Shown one piece after another: positions 18,360 to 26,954 of a stretch of DNA of 28,965 bases; positions within the stretch are counted from its first letter, which is position 1, and each line of letters starts with the position of its first letter. The DNA comes from Meiothermus sp. Its GTDB lineage: Bacteria > Deinococcota > Deinococci > Deinococcales > Thermaceae. The DNA is taken from positions 1 through 28,965 of the forward strand of contig JANRLD010000062.1 of NCBI GenBank assembly GCA_033762915.1, read 5' to 3'. A model generated the notes under the pieces. The model was not told where the DNA came from and did no database searches. It saw only the letters and a list, made by a program, of their open reading frames with translations. The position numbers were made by a program, and so were the translations under genes.

Positions 18360-19313
18360 ATGAAAAAAGCTATGTTGGTCTTGGGCGCCATGGCGGTTGT
18401 GACGGCGGCCTCCGCACAAACGTTTATCACCATCGGGTCGGGCTCCACCACCGGGGTCTACTTCCCCATCGCCACCGGAATTGCCCGCATCATCAACGAG
18501 GCCGACAACCTGGGTATCCGGGCCAACGCCCGCTCGACCGGCGGCAGCGTCTTCAACATCAACGCCATCGGTTCCGGCGAGTTGCAGATGGGGCTGGTGC
18601 AAAACGACATCGCCGCCTACGCCTTCAACGGCTCGGGCATCGCCGCCTTCGACGGCAGGCCGGTGAAAAACTTCCGCTCCATCGGCATCCTCTACCCCGA
18701 GGTGGTGCACGCCCTCGCGCGCGAGGCCGCCCGCATCAACACCATCCGCGACCTGCGGGGCAAACGCGTGGTGGTGGGCGACGTGGGATCGGGCACCGAG
18801 CAGAACACCCGGCAGGTGCTCGAGGCGTATGGTCTCAAGTTCGACGACCTGGCCCAGGTCATCCGCGTGCCCCCCGCGCAGGGCGTAGCCCTGCTCCAGG
18901 ACGGCCGCGCCGACGCGATGTTCTTCACCGGCGGGTTGGGCGCTGCCGCCATCCAGCAGGCCGCTCAGACGATCGACCTGCGCATCGTGCCCGTCGAGTT
19001 CGGGGTGATTGACGACCTGGCCAAGAAGTACCCCTTCTACGTCGGCTTCAATATCCCCAGCGGGGTTTACAAGGGCGTGGAGGTGGTCACGCCCAGCGTG
19101 GCGGTGCGCTCGATGCTGGTGGTAGCCGAAAGCCTCAGCGCCGACGTGGTGTACAACTTCACCAAGGCCGTCTTCGGTAACGACGCCAACTTCAAGGCCG
19201 TCCACCCCAACCTGGCCCGCTATTTCAGCCGCACCACCGCCGTGCGCAACCTGCCGGTGCCCCTGCACCCCGGCGCGGAGCGTTTCTGGAAAGAAGTGGG
19301 CGTAATCAAGTAA
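18360..19313 (+). CDS. TAXI-family TRAP transporter solute-binding protein
   Basis: Signal peptide; GSGSTTGVYF, STGGSVFN, LYPE, GSGTE and PLHPGA; strong RBS. Confidence 0.93.
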   Translation: MKKAMLVLGAMAVVTAASAQTFITIGSGSTTGVYFPIATGIARIINEADNLGIRANARSTGGSVFNINAIGSGELQMGLVQNDIAAYAFNGSGIAAFDGRPVKNFRSIGILYPEVVHALAREAARINTIRDLRGKRVVVGDVGSGTEQNTRQVLEAYGLKFDDLAQVIRVPPAQGVALLQDGRADAMFFTGGLGAAAIQQAAQTIDLRIVPVEFGVIDDLAKKYPFYVGFNIPSGVYKGVEVVTPSVAVRSMLVVAESLSADVVYNFTKAVFGNDANFKAVHPNLARYFSRTTAVRNLPVPLHPGAERFWKEVGVIK

Positions 19314-19330
19314 GGCTGAAGGCCCCGCCT

Positions 19331-19356
19331 ACTCCCCGCGTGCGCGGGGAGTTTTT
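19331..19356 (+). terminator. Rho-independent terminator
   Basis: ACTCCCCGC-GTGC-GCGGGGAGT followed by a T-run, right after the TAXI stop. Confidence 0.88.
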
Positions 19357-19362
19357 CATGTC

Positions 19363-19467
19363 TCAGAGCGGTTCCCACACATATTCCCTACGGCGCTAAA
19401 GCGGGCGGTTTTTGCTGTAGTACATTACCTGCCGCCGCGAGGGAGGTAATGGGGGGAAACTCAATCA
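19363..19467 (-). mobile_element. MITE family A, copy 4 (TSD TGA)
   Basis: Reverse-complement homolog; TCA at 19363-19365 and 19465-19467, the latter being the stop of the 135-aa gene. Confidence 0.8.
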
Positions 19468-19872
19468 GCGCGGGCAGGCCGCAACAGCCTGGAGCTGCCG
19501 GGCCAGGCCGCTCATGGAGAGGGCGCGGCTGACCTTGGTTTGCGGCTGTGTCCAGTTCACCACCTTATCGCGCCAGCTCGGGTGGGACGCCAGGGTCTGG
19601 GCGTAGGCAGCCTCGAGGCCGCGCAGCTCAGCTTGGTGGCGGCACAGACAGAACGCGGGTGCGGCCCCGGGGTTGGCCCTGGCGCACCCCCGCACGACCG
19701 CGCCCACCTGGTCCAACTTCACGAATAGTCGCTCTGCCGCCGCTACCGCCCCCGGCTTGGTAACGACGAACGGTCGGGGTACCGCTCCGCCCTGGGCCAA
19801 CCCAGCCGTTAAGGCCGAAATGACCAGCAAGGCGAGCCAGCGCTCTAGCGTGGACGGCAGCCTTAAGTTCAT
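19465..19872 (-). CDS. Hypothetical exported protein with four cysteines
   Basis: Signal-peptide-like N-terminus (ending TAGLA); C..CxC..C pattern; GAGGT RBS overlapping the upstream stop. Confidence 0.65.
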   Translation of the reverse strand: MNLRLPSTLERWLALLVISALTAGLAQGGAVPRPFVVTKPGAVAAAERLFVKLDQVGAVVRGCARANPGAAPAFCLCRHQAELRGLEAAYAQTLASHPSWRDKVVNWTQPQTKVSRALSMSGLARQLQAVAACPR

Positions 19873-19876
19873 GACC

Positions 19877-20050
19877 TCACCCGAATATGAACAGCCCCAG
19901 CCCCACCACGGCGGGCACGGCGGCGGCCACCATCAGCAGCGGCAGCACCTTTCTGAGGTTTTCGCTGCGGCTGGCCAGAAAGCGGAACAGCGGAACTTCG
20001 ACCGCGGCAATTACCATCATCAGCACACCCACCAGTTTGAGAGGTTCCAT
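19877..20050 (-). CDS. 57-aa two-TM membrane protein (paralog B)
   Basis: MEPLKLVG...LFIFG; 20/57 identities, without gaps, to 20071-20244. Confidence 0.75.
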   Translation of the reverse strand: MEPLKLVGVLMMVIAAVEVPLFRFLASRSENLRKVLPLLMVAAAVPAVVGLGLFIFG

Positions 20051-20070
20051 GCCCCAGGGTAACCCACGGG

Positions 20071-20244
20071 CTAGCCGAAGCCGTACAGAAATGCACCCAT
20101 CATGCCCGTCCCCAGCGCCGCGACCATCAAAAAGGGATAGAGCCGCCTCGAGACCGAGCCGCGCCCGTAGAGGAAGCTCCACAGCGCAATCTCAATCAAG
20201 CTCAAGGCCATGATCGCTATTCCGGCCTGCTCCAGACCACTCAT
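20071..20244 (-). CDS. 57-aa two-TM membrane protein (paralog A)
   Basis: MSGLEQAG...LYGFG; ATG lies 8 nt after TACAAT; paralog of the next gene. Confidence 0.75.
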   Translation of the reverse strand: MSGLEQAGIAIMALSLIEIALWSFLYGRGSVSRRLYPFLMVAALGTGMMGAFLYGFG

Positions 20245-20293
20245 TGAGGCAGATTGTACGGTCTGGAGGCCTGCCGTGTGCCAGACTGGGGCC

Positions 20294-20677
20294 ATGACCT
20301 ACGAGCAGTTCGCCGACCTCGCCGACCGGCTATGGGATGAGATTCCCGAACGCTTCAAGCTGGGGCTGCACGGGGTACACGTCCTCGAGCGCGTACAGCC
20401 CGACCCCGACGAGCCCGAGCTGTTGCGTCTGGGCGAGTACTTCGACCCCGGCCCGCCCTCGGTGCTGGGCGGCTTCGAGGGCATCGGACGGCACATCGCC
20501 CTCTACTACGGCTCCTTCGCCGAGATAGCCTGGGGTGACCCAGGCTTCGACTGGGAAGGGGAAATCTGGGAGACCCTGATCCACGAGCTACAGCACCACT
20601 TGGAGAGCCTGGCGGGCTGGAACAACCTGATTCTCGACGACCTCGAGCGGCTGCGGAAATACCGGGACCGCGGCTGA
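20294..20677 (+). CDS. Minimal zincin-like metallopeptidase family protein (Zincin_1-like)
   Basis: RLGEY, IALYYGSF and ETLIHELQHH (HExxH). ATG 20294 lies 6 nt after TG-c-CAGACT. Confidence 0.8.
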   Translation: MTYEQFADLADRLWDEIPERFKLGLHGVHVLERVQPDPDEPELLRLGEYFDPGPPSVLGGFEGIGRHIALYYGSFAEIAWGDPGFDWEGEIWETLIHELQHHLESLAGWNNLILDDLERLRKYRDRG

Positions 20678-20746
20678 GCAGCGCGCTGCACGACAGTGCG
20701 GCCCGGCATACCACAACTGTCAAACAGTAGCCCGCCTGATGTAGAA

Positions 20747-20774
20747 CTCGGGGACGGCCAAGGCCGTCCCCGAG
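20747..20774. terminator. Hairpin terminator between convergent genes
   Basis: Perfect inverted repeat CTCGGGGACGGCC-AA-GGCCGTCCCCGAG. Confidence 0.7.
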
Positions 20775-20799
20775 CTACTTAAGCTGGTGGGTTGTAGGT

Positions 20800-21516
20800 C
20801 TAGCGGGGTATCTGAAGCTTCTGCCCAGCCTTGATCAGATCGGGGTTGGCGATGTTGTTGGCGCGGGCGATCTTGGCGTAACTCTCCCTCGAGCCGTCAC
20901 CGTAGAACTTCAGGGCGATCTCGGAGAGGGTGTCGCCGGGCTGTACGGTGTACCACTCGTCGGGAATGTTGACGTAGGCCTTCTGCTCGGCGGCGAACTT
21001 CTCCTTGGCCCCAGCCTCGACCTTGAGGCCGCTGACATCGACGCTAGAGGCACCCTGGGCCTTGGCGATCTGCACCGCCAGGTTGGACTCGTGCTGGCTG
21101 TCCACTGCGCCGCGCAACACTACCCCGCTGCCCTTCTGCAGCACGTCAATGGGATCGTCGGCCAGCTCGCCGTTGGACTCGATGGCCTTGAGTACCTTCC
21201 TGGCCAGGGCGCTGGCATCGATGGCCTTCTTGATCTCGGCCTCCTCGGCCTGGGCCTTGGCCTCGGCGGCGGCGATTTCAGCTTCGGGGATGTCTTGCTG
21301 GCCCACGATCACGCCGGTCAAGTCCACCGCCTTGACGCCCTTCACGCCCTGCACTGCCGACTCGAGCAGGCTGAGGTGGGGCTGGCGGGGTACCGTTCCG
21401 GTAATGCTGATGTTGCCCCGGTTGTCGGTTATTGCCAGGCCCATACCCTGAAGGGGGGGCCACTGATTGATCGCATCTTTAACTCGCTCGGAAAGGGATT
21501 TGCCGAAAGGCCACAT
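20800..21516 (-). CDS. BON-BON-LysM domain protein (Kbp/YgaU-like)
   Basis: Two BON-like repeats and a C-terminal LysM (YTVQPGDTLSEIA...GQKLQIP); RBS GGAGG; TATACT upstream. Confidence 0.85.
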   Translation of the reverse strand: MWPFGKSLSERVKDAINQWPPLQGMGLAITDNRGNISITGTVPRQPHLSLLESAVQGVKGVKAVDLTGVIVGQQDIPEAEIAAAEAKAQAEEAEIKKAIDASALARKVLKAIESNGELADDPIDVLQKGSGVVLRGAVDSQHESNLAVQIAKAQGASSVDVSGLKVEAGAKEKFAAEQKAYVNIPDEWYTVQPGDTLSEIALKFYGDGSRESYAKIARANNIANPDLIKAGQKLQIPR

Positions 21517-21691
21517 GGTTTTACCTCCGGGCTAGAGTATACCCCTGCCATGTTCGGAACATATGCAAAGGCTCTGAAAGCGGCCTCAAAGCAGGACAAA
21601 AAGCAGGCCGCCTAGGGTAGGGGGGCTGAACCCTCGAGCCCCGAAACAACATCCCCGACCAACCCGGCCGTCGGTCTGCCGCCCGGGCCGC

Positions 21692-22948
21692 TCACTGCCT
21701 CAGCCACACCGTAAACACCGCGCCCCCGTCGGCGTGGTTCGCCGCCTCGAGCTTTCCGCCGTGGGCCTCCACAATGGCCCGCGCAATGCTCAGCCCCAGG
21801 CCCGAGCCGCCCGCATCGCCGTCGCGCTTGGTGCGTGAGGCGTCGGCCTTGTAAAAGCGCTCGAAGACGCGCTCGAGCTGCTCCTGCGGGATGCCCCGCC
21901 CGAAGTCGCGCACCGCTACGCGCACCGAGTCCACATACTGGCCCGCCGACACCTCGATGCGGTTGCTGCCAGAGTGCCGCACGGCGTTGTCGAGCAGGTT
22001 GTTGAGCACGCGGGTCATCTGCACCCGGTCGATGCGCGCGGTGAGCTGGGGCGAGACCTGAGAGGCCACCACCACCCCCTGCGGGCGGAAGCCGCCCAGC
22101 ACCTCAGACAAAAACTCCGACAGGTTTACCTCCTCGAGCCGCAGCTCGAGGCCGCCGCTCTCGGCCAGCGAGAGGGTGCGGAGGTCGGAAACCAGCTTGG
22201 TGAGCAGCAACGTCTGGGCGTGGAGGCGCTCGAGGGCTGCCGCGTCTGTGGCCACCACTCCGTCTTGCATGGCCTCGATCTCCGAGCGCAGCACCGACAG
22301 CGGGGTGCGGAGGTCGTGGGCGATGTCGGCGATCAGGCCCTTGCGCCACTGCTCCTGCCGCTCGAGGCCGGAAACCAGGTTGTTGAACGCCTCGGTCAGG
22401 CCGCGAAGCTCGTCGCGGGAACGGGGCACCCGCAGCCGGATGCCGCGCTGGCCCGCCTCAAAGCGCTTGGCCCCGTCGGTTAGGGCCATCAGCGGGCGGG
22501 TCAGTGCCCGGGTGACCAGGGCCGCGACCAGCAGGGCCAGCAGGAAGGCCACCGTCCCCGCCACGAAGGCCGTGCCGGTGATGCGGCTGAAGGCCTCTCG
22601 GGCCTGGGCGAACTGCGGCAGATCGAGGGACGGACTTTCCTGCCAGCTTTTCCAGCCGAAGCCGCCCGGGTCGGCCCCCGCGAAGAGCACACTCGAAACC
22701 GCCCCCAGGGTGAACCAGGTGGTGATGAAAACTGCCGCCAACGCGACAAAGGCGAACATGAAGGTCAGGCGCCGCCGCAAGCCCCAGCGCCCGCCCCAGC
22801 GCTCGCGGTACTCGGCCTCGAGCCTGCGCCGCCGCCGCATCTCCTCGAGCCACGGTGGGTCGAAGGCCGGCGGGGCGGGGAGCGGCATCTGCTCCGGCCA
22901 ACTGCGCCCCCCGTCACCTCCTTTGCGCCTGCGCCGCCGCCAAAACAC
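21692..22948 (-). CDS. Sensor histidine kinase, BaeS-like (2 TM, HAMP, HisKA, HATPase)
   Basis: IAHDLRTPL, NLLDNA, DFGRGI, FERFY and GSGLGL. Confidence 0.93.
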   Translation of the reverse strand: MFWRRRRRKGGDGGRSWPEQMPLPAPPAFDPPWLEEMRRRRRLEAEYRERWGGRWGLRRRLTFMFAFVALAAVFITTWFTLGAVSSVLFAGADPGGFGWKSWQESPSLDLPQFAQAREAFSRITGTAFVAGTVAFLLALLVAALVTRALTRPLMALTDGAKRFEAGQRGIRLRVPRSRDELRGLTEAFNNLVSGLERQEQWRKGLIADIAHDLRTPLSVLRSEIEAMQDGVVATDAAALERLHAQTLLLTKLVSDLRTLSLAESGGLELRLEEVNLSEFLSEVLGGFRPQGVVVASQVSPQLTARIDRVQMTRVLNNLLDNAVRHSGSNRIEVSAGQYVDSVRVAVRDFGRGIPQEQLERVFERFYKADASRTKRDGDAGGSGLGLSIARAIVEAHGGKLEAANHADGGAVFTVWLRQ

Positions 22949-22950
22949 GC

Positions 22951-23646
22951 CTAATCTCCCCCCCTCCCCTGCCCGCCCCCGGCCAACTTGTAGCCCACGC
23001 CCCGCACCGTCTCGATCAGATCGCCGCAGTCGCCCAGCTTTCGGCGGATGTTTTTAATGTGCGCGTCCACGGTGCGCTCGTCGGCGTAGCTCTCGGCGTC
23101 GCCGGTCACGGCCAGCAGTTCAGCCCGGTGACGTACCCGGCCTGGATCTTTGGCCAGCACGCCCAGCAGTCGAATCTCAGCGGTGGTAAGGTCGAGTACT
23201 TCGCCCCGGCAGCGCACCTCGAAGGCCCCCAGGTCGACCTCGAGCACCCCCACCCGATACACCTCCGGGGCCAGCACGCTACCCTTGCTGCGCCGCAAAA
23301 CCGCCTTGACCCTGGCCACCACCTCGCGGGGGCTGTACGGCTTCACCACGTAATCATCGGCCCCCAGGCCCAGCCCAACCAGCTTGTCCACCTCGTCGTC
23401 TCTGGCGGTCAGCATGATGATGGGCACGTCCGACTCCTGGCGAACCCGGCGGGCCACCTCGAGGCCGTCGAGCACCGGGAGCATGATGTCCAGCAGGATC
23501 AAGTCGGGCTGCGCAGCCCGCCACAACTCCAAAGCCCTACCGCCGTCCTTGGCTCGCTCGGTGCGGTAGCCCTCGCGCTTGAGGTAGTCCTCGAGGATCT
23601 CCGCCAGGCGGGCCTCATCTTCGACAATCAAAATCGTGGCAGACAT
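22951..23646 (-). CDS. OmpR/PhoB-family response regulator, BaeR-like
   Basis: LIVEDE, LLDIMLP, GADDYVVKPYS, RTVDAHI and ETVRGVGY. Confidence 0.95.
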   Translation of the reverse strand: MSATILIVEDEARLAEILEDYLKREGYRTERAKDGGRALELWRAAQPDLILLDIMLPVLDGLEVARRVRQESDVPIIMLTARDDEVDKLVGLGLGADDYVVKPYSPREVVARVKAVLRRSKGSVLAPEVYRVGVLEVDLGAFEVRCRGEVLDLTTAEIRLLGVLAKDPGRVRHRAELLAVTGDAESYADERTVDAHIKNIRRKLGDCGDLIETVRGVGYKLAGGGQGRGGD

Positions 23647-23728
23647 AGTGGGGGACTGTACAACCTTGGGGTATGCCTAAGGCGGGGAGGAGGTCAGTAC
23701 CGTAGGCTTCCCTCACTCCTTAAACCTG

Positions 23729-24175
23729 TCAAATCCAGCGCCGAACCTGCTTGAGATACTCGAGGTAGGGCTGTCCCAGCGCGCCCGCGACTTTGGCCTC
23801 CTCCCTGGGGATGTAGCTGAAGTTCATGAACCCCCAGAAGGCCAGCGGCGCGGCCAGCATCGGCACCGAGCCCGCCCACAGCGCGACGGCAGCAAGAATC
23901 AGGAGCAGGCCCAGGTACATGGGGTTGCGGGTGAAGCGGTAGGGACCGCCCGTCACCAGGGCCTTGGGCTGGCTGCGGGGGTCTACCGGGTTGCGACGGC
24001 TGCCGAACTCGAAAATGGCCCAAAAGGCGAGCCCGAGCGCAGCCGCGATTAACCACAGGGCGAGGGGAACCAGAGGCGAAAAACGGCCAGGAAACAACCC
24101 GTGCAGAACCAGGCCCAAGGCCAGGGCCAGGCCGAAAATTTGGACGGGTATCAGGCGGTTGATGAGTTCACTCAT
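23729..24175 (-). CDS. Isoprenylcysteine carboxyl methyltransferase / PEMT-family membrane protein
   Basis: [19 protein letters not shown]..., and [12 protein letters not shown]. Confidence 0.88.
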   Translation of the reverse strand: MSELINRLIPVQIFGLALALGLVLHGLFPGRFSPLVPLALWLIAAALGLAFWAIFEFGSRRNPVDPRSQPKALVTGGPYRFTRNPMYLGLLLILAAVALWAGSVPMLAAPLAFWGFMNFSYIPREEAKVAGALGQPYLEYLKQVRRWI

Positions 24176-24395
24176 GGCCGTGACCCCATATTACGTCGGG
24201 GCTGGGCCAGCGCCACCGCCCCGACAGTCGATGGGTACCCATGGCGTGCGTCGGCCACAGACTCCAGCAGGTGCGCATGAGCAGAGCCCGGGGTCGGTTC
24301 CGAGACGCGCAGCAGGCCCTCGAGACAGCAATTCCACAGCCGAATCCACGCGTTCACACCAATCTCCGATCCCAAAATCCGGTTACGGGGCAACA

Positions 24396-24447
24396 GGGAG
24401 TGGGGAACTGTGTAAAGCACTCCGGCCCCACACAGTTCCCCGCTCCC
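24396..24447 (-). terminator. Long hairpin after the SHOCT gene
   Basis: 17-bp stem GGGAGTGGGGAACTGTG / CACAGTTCCCCGCTCCC, 13 nt past the stop. Confidence 0.6.
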
Positions 24448-24460
24448 TCGACCATGTCTC

Positions 24461-24940
24461 CTAACTCTCAAGCCCACGCTTGATCGACTCGTACTCCTCG
24501 AGGCTGATCTCCCCTTTGGCGAAGCGCATCCGGGCGGTCTCGAGGGCGCTGTCGCGGCTCCAGAAGCTCTTGGCCTGGCGCTCGGCCTGGGCCTGCTCGG
24601 CGTGCAAACCGGCGCGGATGGTCTCGAGCTGTTCGCGGCTGATCTCACCCTTGGCGAAGCGCTCGCGGGCCACCTCCATCGCATCGTCGGCGCCTTCGAA
24701 CCAGCCCTTGGCCTTGTCGCGCATGTCCCTCATCCGCTCGGGACCCCAGCCCCAGGGGCCACCGGCGGTCCGCATCTGCCTCCAGCCGTTGTTCCCCCAG
24801 CGTCCACGCTTCATCCCGCGCACCAGCCAGACCAGGAAGGCGATGAAGAGGAAGAAGAACAGCAGGTTGAAGAGGAAGCCGAAGAAGGCCAGAAAGGGGT
24901 TAAAGCCGTAACCATAGCCGTGTGCCAGTGCGATTTCCAT
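24461..24940 (-). CDS. Single-TM membrane protein with two SHOCT domains
   Basis: ARERFAKGEISREQL and ARMRFAKGEISLEEY; RBS AAAGGAG before ATG 24940. Confidence 0.85.
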   Translation of the reverse strand: MEIALAHGYGYGFNPFLAFFGFLFNLLFFFLFIAFLVWLVRGMKRGRWGNNGWRQMRTAGGPWGWGPERMRDMRDKAKGWFEGADDAMEVARERFAKGEISREQLETIRAGLHAEQAQAERQAKSFWSRDSALETARMRFAKGEISLEEYESIKRGLES

Positions 24941-24982
24941 TTTACTTCTCTCCTTTGGGTCGCCCTTGCGAGCGATGAGCAA

Positions 24983-25037
24983 AGGTTAGGGCACCCTGGG
25001 TGAACGAAGTGGGCGGGGTTTGTGAACATGAGGTGAA
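24983..25037 (-). promoter_or_regulatory. -10 TAACCT with phased TTCAC direct repeats (putative OmpR-family boxes)
   Basis: GTGAA on the + strand at 25000, 25022 and 25033 (11-bp phase); -10 at 24983-24988. Confidence 0.5.
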
Positions 25038-25293
25038 TGGGCTTGGTGTGCAGGGAAGCGAACATTGGTTTAGGGATGTAGCTGCTTGAAAAACGCGCTG
25101 GCACGCACACCCGGACAAGCCATGACTTTTTTTGCAAGTCTCACCTGTCACGAGTTGGGCGGCTGCTGCTGGGTTCTCTCATCGGTCGATGCTCATCCAG
25201 AGGTGCTCAAGCCGATTGAGGCTCTGCCGACCCTGCAGTGCATCGGGCCGAGTCCGCCTCGAGCGGTGATCCGCCCTGGGGACGAATGTCCTG

Positions 25294-25342
25294 TTGCGCC
25301 TTGAATCCCACCTATGTTATAACTTGCTGTATGTCAAGCAAG
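25294..25342 (+). promoter_or_regulatory. tetR promoter (TTGCGC-18-TATAAC) and putative operator CTTGCT-N8-AGCAAG
   Basis: The palindrome at 25323-25342 overlaps the expected transcription start and the ATG. Confidence 0.55.
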
Positions 25343-25972
25343 CTGCTCTCTCCGACCAAGTCGCGTGATGCAGAGCGCAGTCGGACGTCGATTCTGGACG
25401 CCGCCGAGGAGCTCTTTGCCCACAAAGGGTTTGACGGGGTTTCCTTTGCCGAAATTGGGGTGAAGGCCGGAGTCTCGAGGGGAACCCCCGGCTACTTTTT
25501 CGGCTCCAAAGAGGAGCTCTATCAGGCCGTGCTGGACCGGGTGTTCGGGACCGCGCTGCGCGACATCTCGAGGGCCGCCGAGCGGGCGGCGACGGCGCAC
25601 AACCCCCGGGAGGTGATTGCCGCGGGGGTGGAGGGATACCTGGACTTCATCGCCGCCAACCCGAACTTTGTGCGCCTGGTCGAGCGCGAGAGTCTGGGCG
25701 ACGGCAAGAAGCTGGCCCAGAACCCCGTGCACGTGCGCGCGCTCCAGGTGGGCACGAACTCGACTGCCCAGTTCCTCCCGCCCGAGATGGTGGACTGGGT
25801 GGACCTTAGGCAACTGATGATCAGCATCATGGGGCTGTGCTGGTTCCCTCTGGCCCACGCCAGCACCCTGCTGCCGGCCCTGGGCCTGGACCCCCACGAC
25901 CCCGAGTTTCTGCACCAGCGCAAACGGCACGTGGTGGACTTGCTGTGCCGCGCGTTCTTAAAGGAGGAGTAA
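25331..25972 (+). CDS. TetR/AcrR-family transcriptional regulator
   Basis: ILDAAEELFAHKGF...GVSRGTPGYFFGSKEELY HTH; ATG 25331 chosen. Confidence 0.93.
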   Translation: MSSKLLSPTKSRDAERSRTSILDAAEELFAHKGFDGVSFAEIGVKAGVSRGTPGYFFGSKEELYQAVLDRVFGTALRDISRAAERAATAHNPREVIAAGVEGYLDFIAANPNFVRLVERESLGDGKKLAQNPVHVRALQVGTNSTAQFLPPEMVDWVDLRQLMISIMGLCWFPLAHASTLLPALGLDPHDPEFLHQRKRHVVDLLCRAFLKEE

Positions 25973-26535
25973 TGGCAAGAGTTCGACTGCTCAAAGGCCT
26001 CGAGGGCGGCCCGTTGCTATGGCTGGCCGAGGTGGGGGCCCGGATGATCTACGGCAAGAGTTTTAACCAGATCGGGGCCATTGCCCACAACCGCAGTTTC
26101 ATCCTTCCGTTCTTGCAGATGTCCGCCTTCAGCCAGGGCAAAACCCAGCTTTCGCCGCAAGTCCGGGCCATGGCGATGAGCCTCGCGGCCGAGCTGAACG
26201 GCTGCGGGTGGTGCATGGACTTCGGGGCTTATCAGGCCCACAAAGCCAACGTCCCGGCTGAAAAGCAGCGCCACCTCCTGAACTTCGCCGACAGCCCCAC
26301 CTTTACCGAGCAGGAACGGGTGGCCCTGGAGTACGCCCAAACGCTGTGCTCCCCCGGCGCGCCCATCAGCGCCGCCCTGGGCCAGAAACTGCGGCAGCAC
26401 TTCTCCGAGCAGGAAGTCGTCGAGCTTACGGTGGCGGTGGCGGCAGAAAAGTTTTTCAACACCGTCAACGGGGCTCTGGGCATAGAGCCGCAGGGCTTTG
26501 CGGAGGTCGCGTCAACGCCTAGGGGTGCGAGGTGA
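25972..26535 (+). CDS. Carboxymuconolactone decarboxylase / AhpD-like protein
   Basis: NGCGWC (CxxC), FTEQERVALEYA and HFSEQEVVEL; TAATG overlap with tetR. Confidence 0.85.
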   Translation: MARVRLLKGLEGGPLLWLAEVGARMIYGKSFNQIGAIAHNRSFILPFLQMSAFSQGKTQLSPQVRAMAMSLAAELNGCGWCMDFGAYQAHKANVPAEKQRHLLNFADSPTFTEQERVALEYAQTLCSPGAPISAALGQKLRQHFSEQEVVELTVAVAAEKFFNTVNGALGIEPQGFAEVASTPRGAR

Positions 26536-26954
26536 ACGCGCTACTTGTGGTGGGAGCGGTGGGCAGCCTGGCAGTCTCGGTACTCCACCTCTGGATTGCC
26601 TGGAGGGGCGCGCCCGCTTATCGCTTTTTTGGCGCGGGCGAGGAGATGGCCAGGGCCGCTGAGAAGGGCTCTCCTGTTCCCGCGCTGGTGACCCTTGGCA
26701 TCGCTGGGGTCTTTGCGGTGTTCGGGTGGTACGCCCTGGCGGTGGCCGGGTTTGTGCCAGCCCTCCCCTTTCAAAGCGCGGTACTGTGGGGCATCGGCGG
26801 TGTATTCACCCTGCGCGGCCTGGTGGTCTTGGTCGAGTTTTTCCTGATCAGAATAGGCCGGCGCGTCCCGCCGCAAAACCCCTGGTTTTCGCTGACTTCG
26901 CTCTCAATTGGTTTGGTACACCTGCTGGGAATGGCTCGAGGGGGTGGGGCGTGA
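26532..26954 (+). CDS. Hypothetical 4-TM membrane protein
   Basis: GTGA overlap; four hydrophobic helices, His in TM1 and LRG in TM3. Confidence 0.75.
   Translation: MNALLVVGAVGSLAVSVLHLWIAWRGAPAYRFFGAGEEMARAAEKGSPVPALVTLGIAGVFAVFGWYALAVAGFVPALPFQSAVLWGIGGVFTLRGLVVLVEFFLIRIGRRVPPQNPWFSLTSLSIGLVHLLGMARGGGA

Noticed and set aside
1501..19467. Repeats as a CRISPR array
   Set aside because: The copies are dispersed, about 100 bp long, with no repeat-spacer periodicity and no cas genes.
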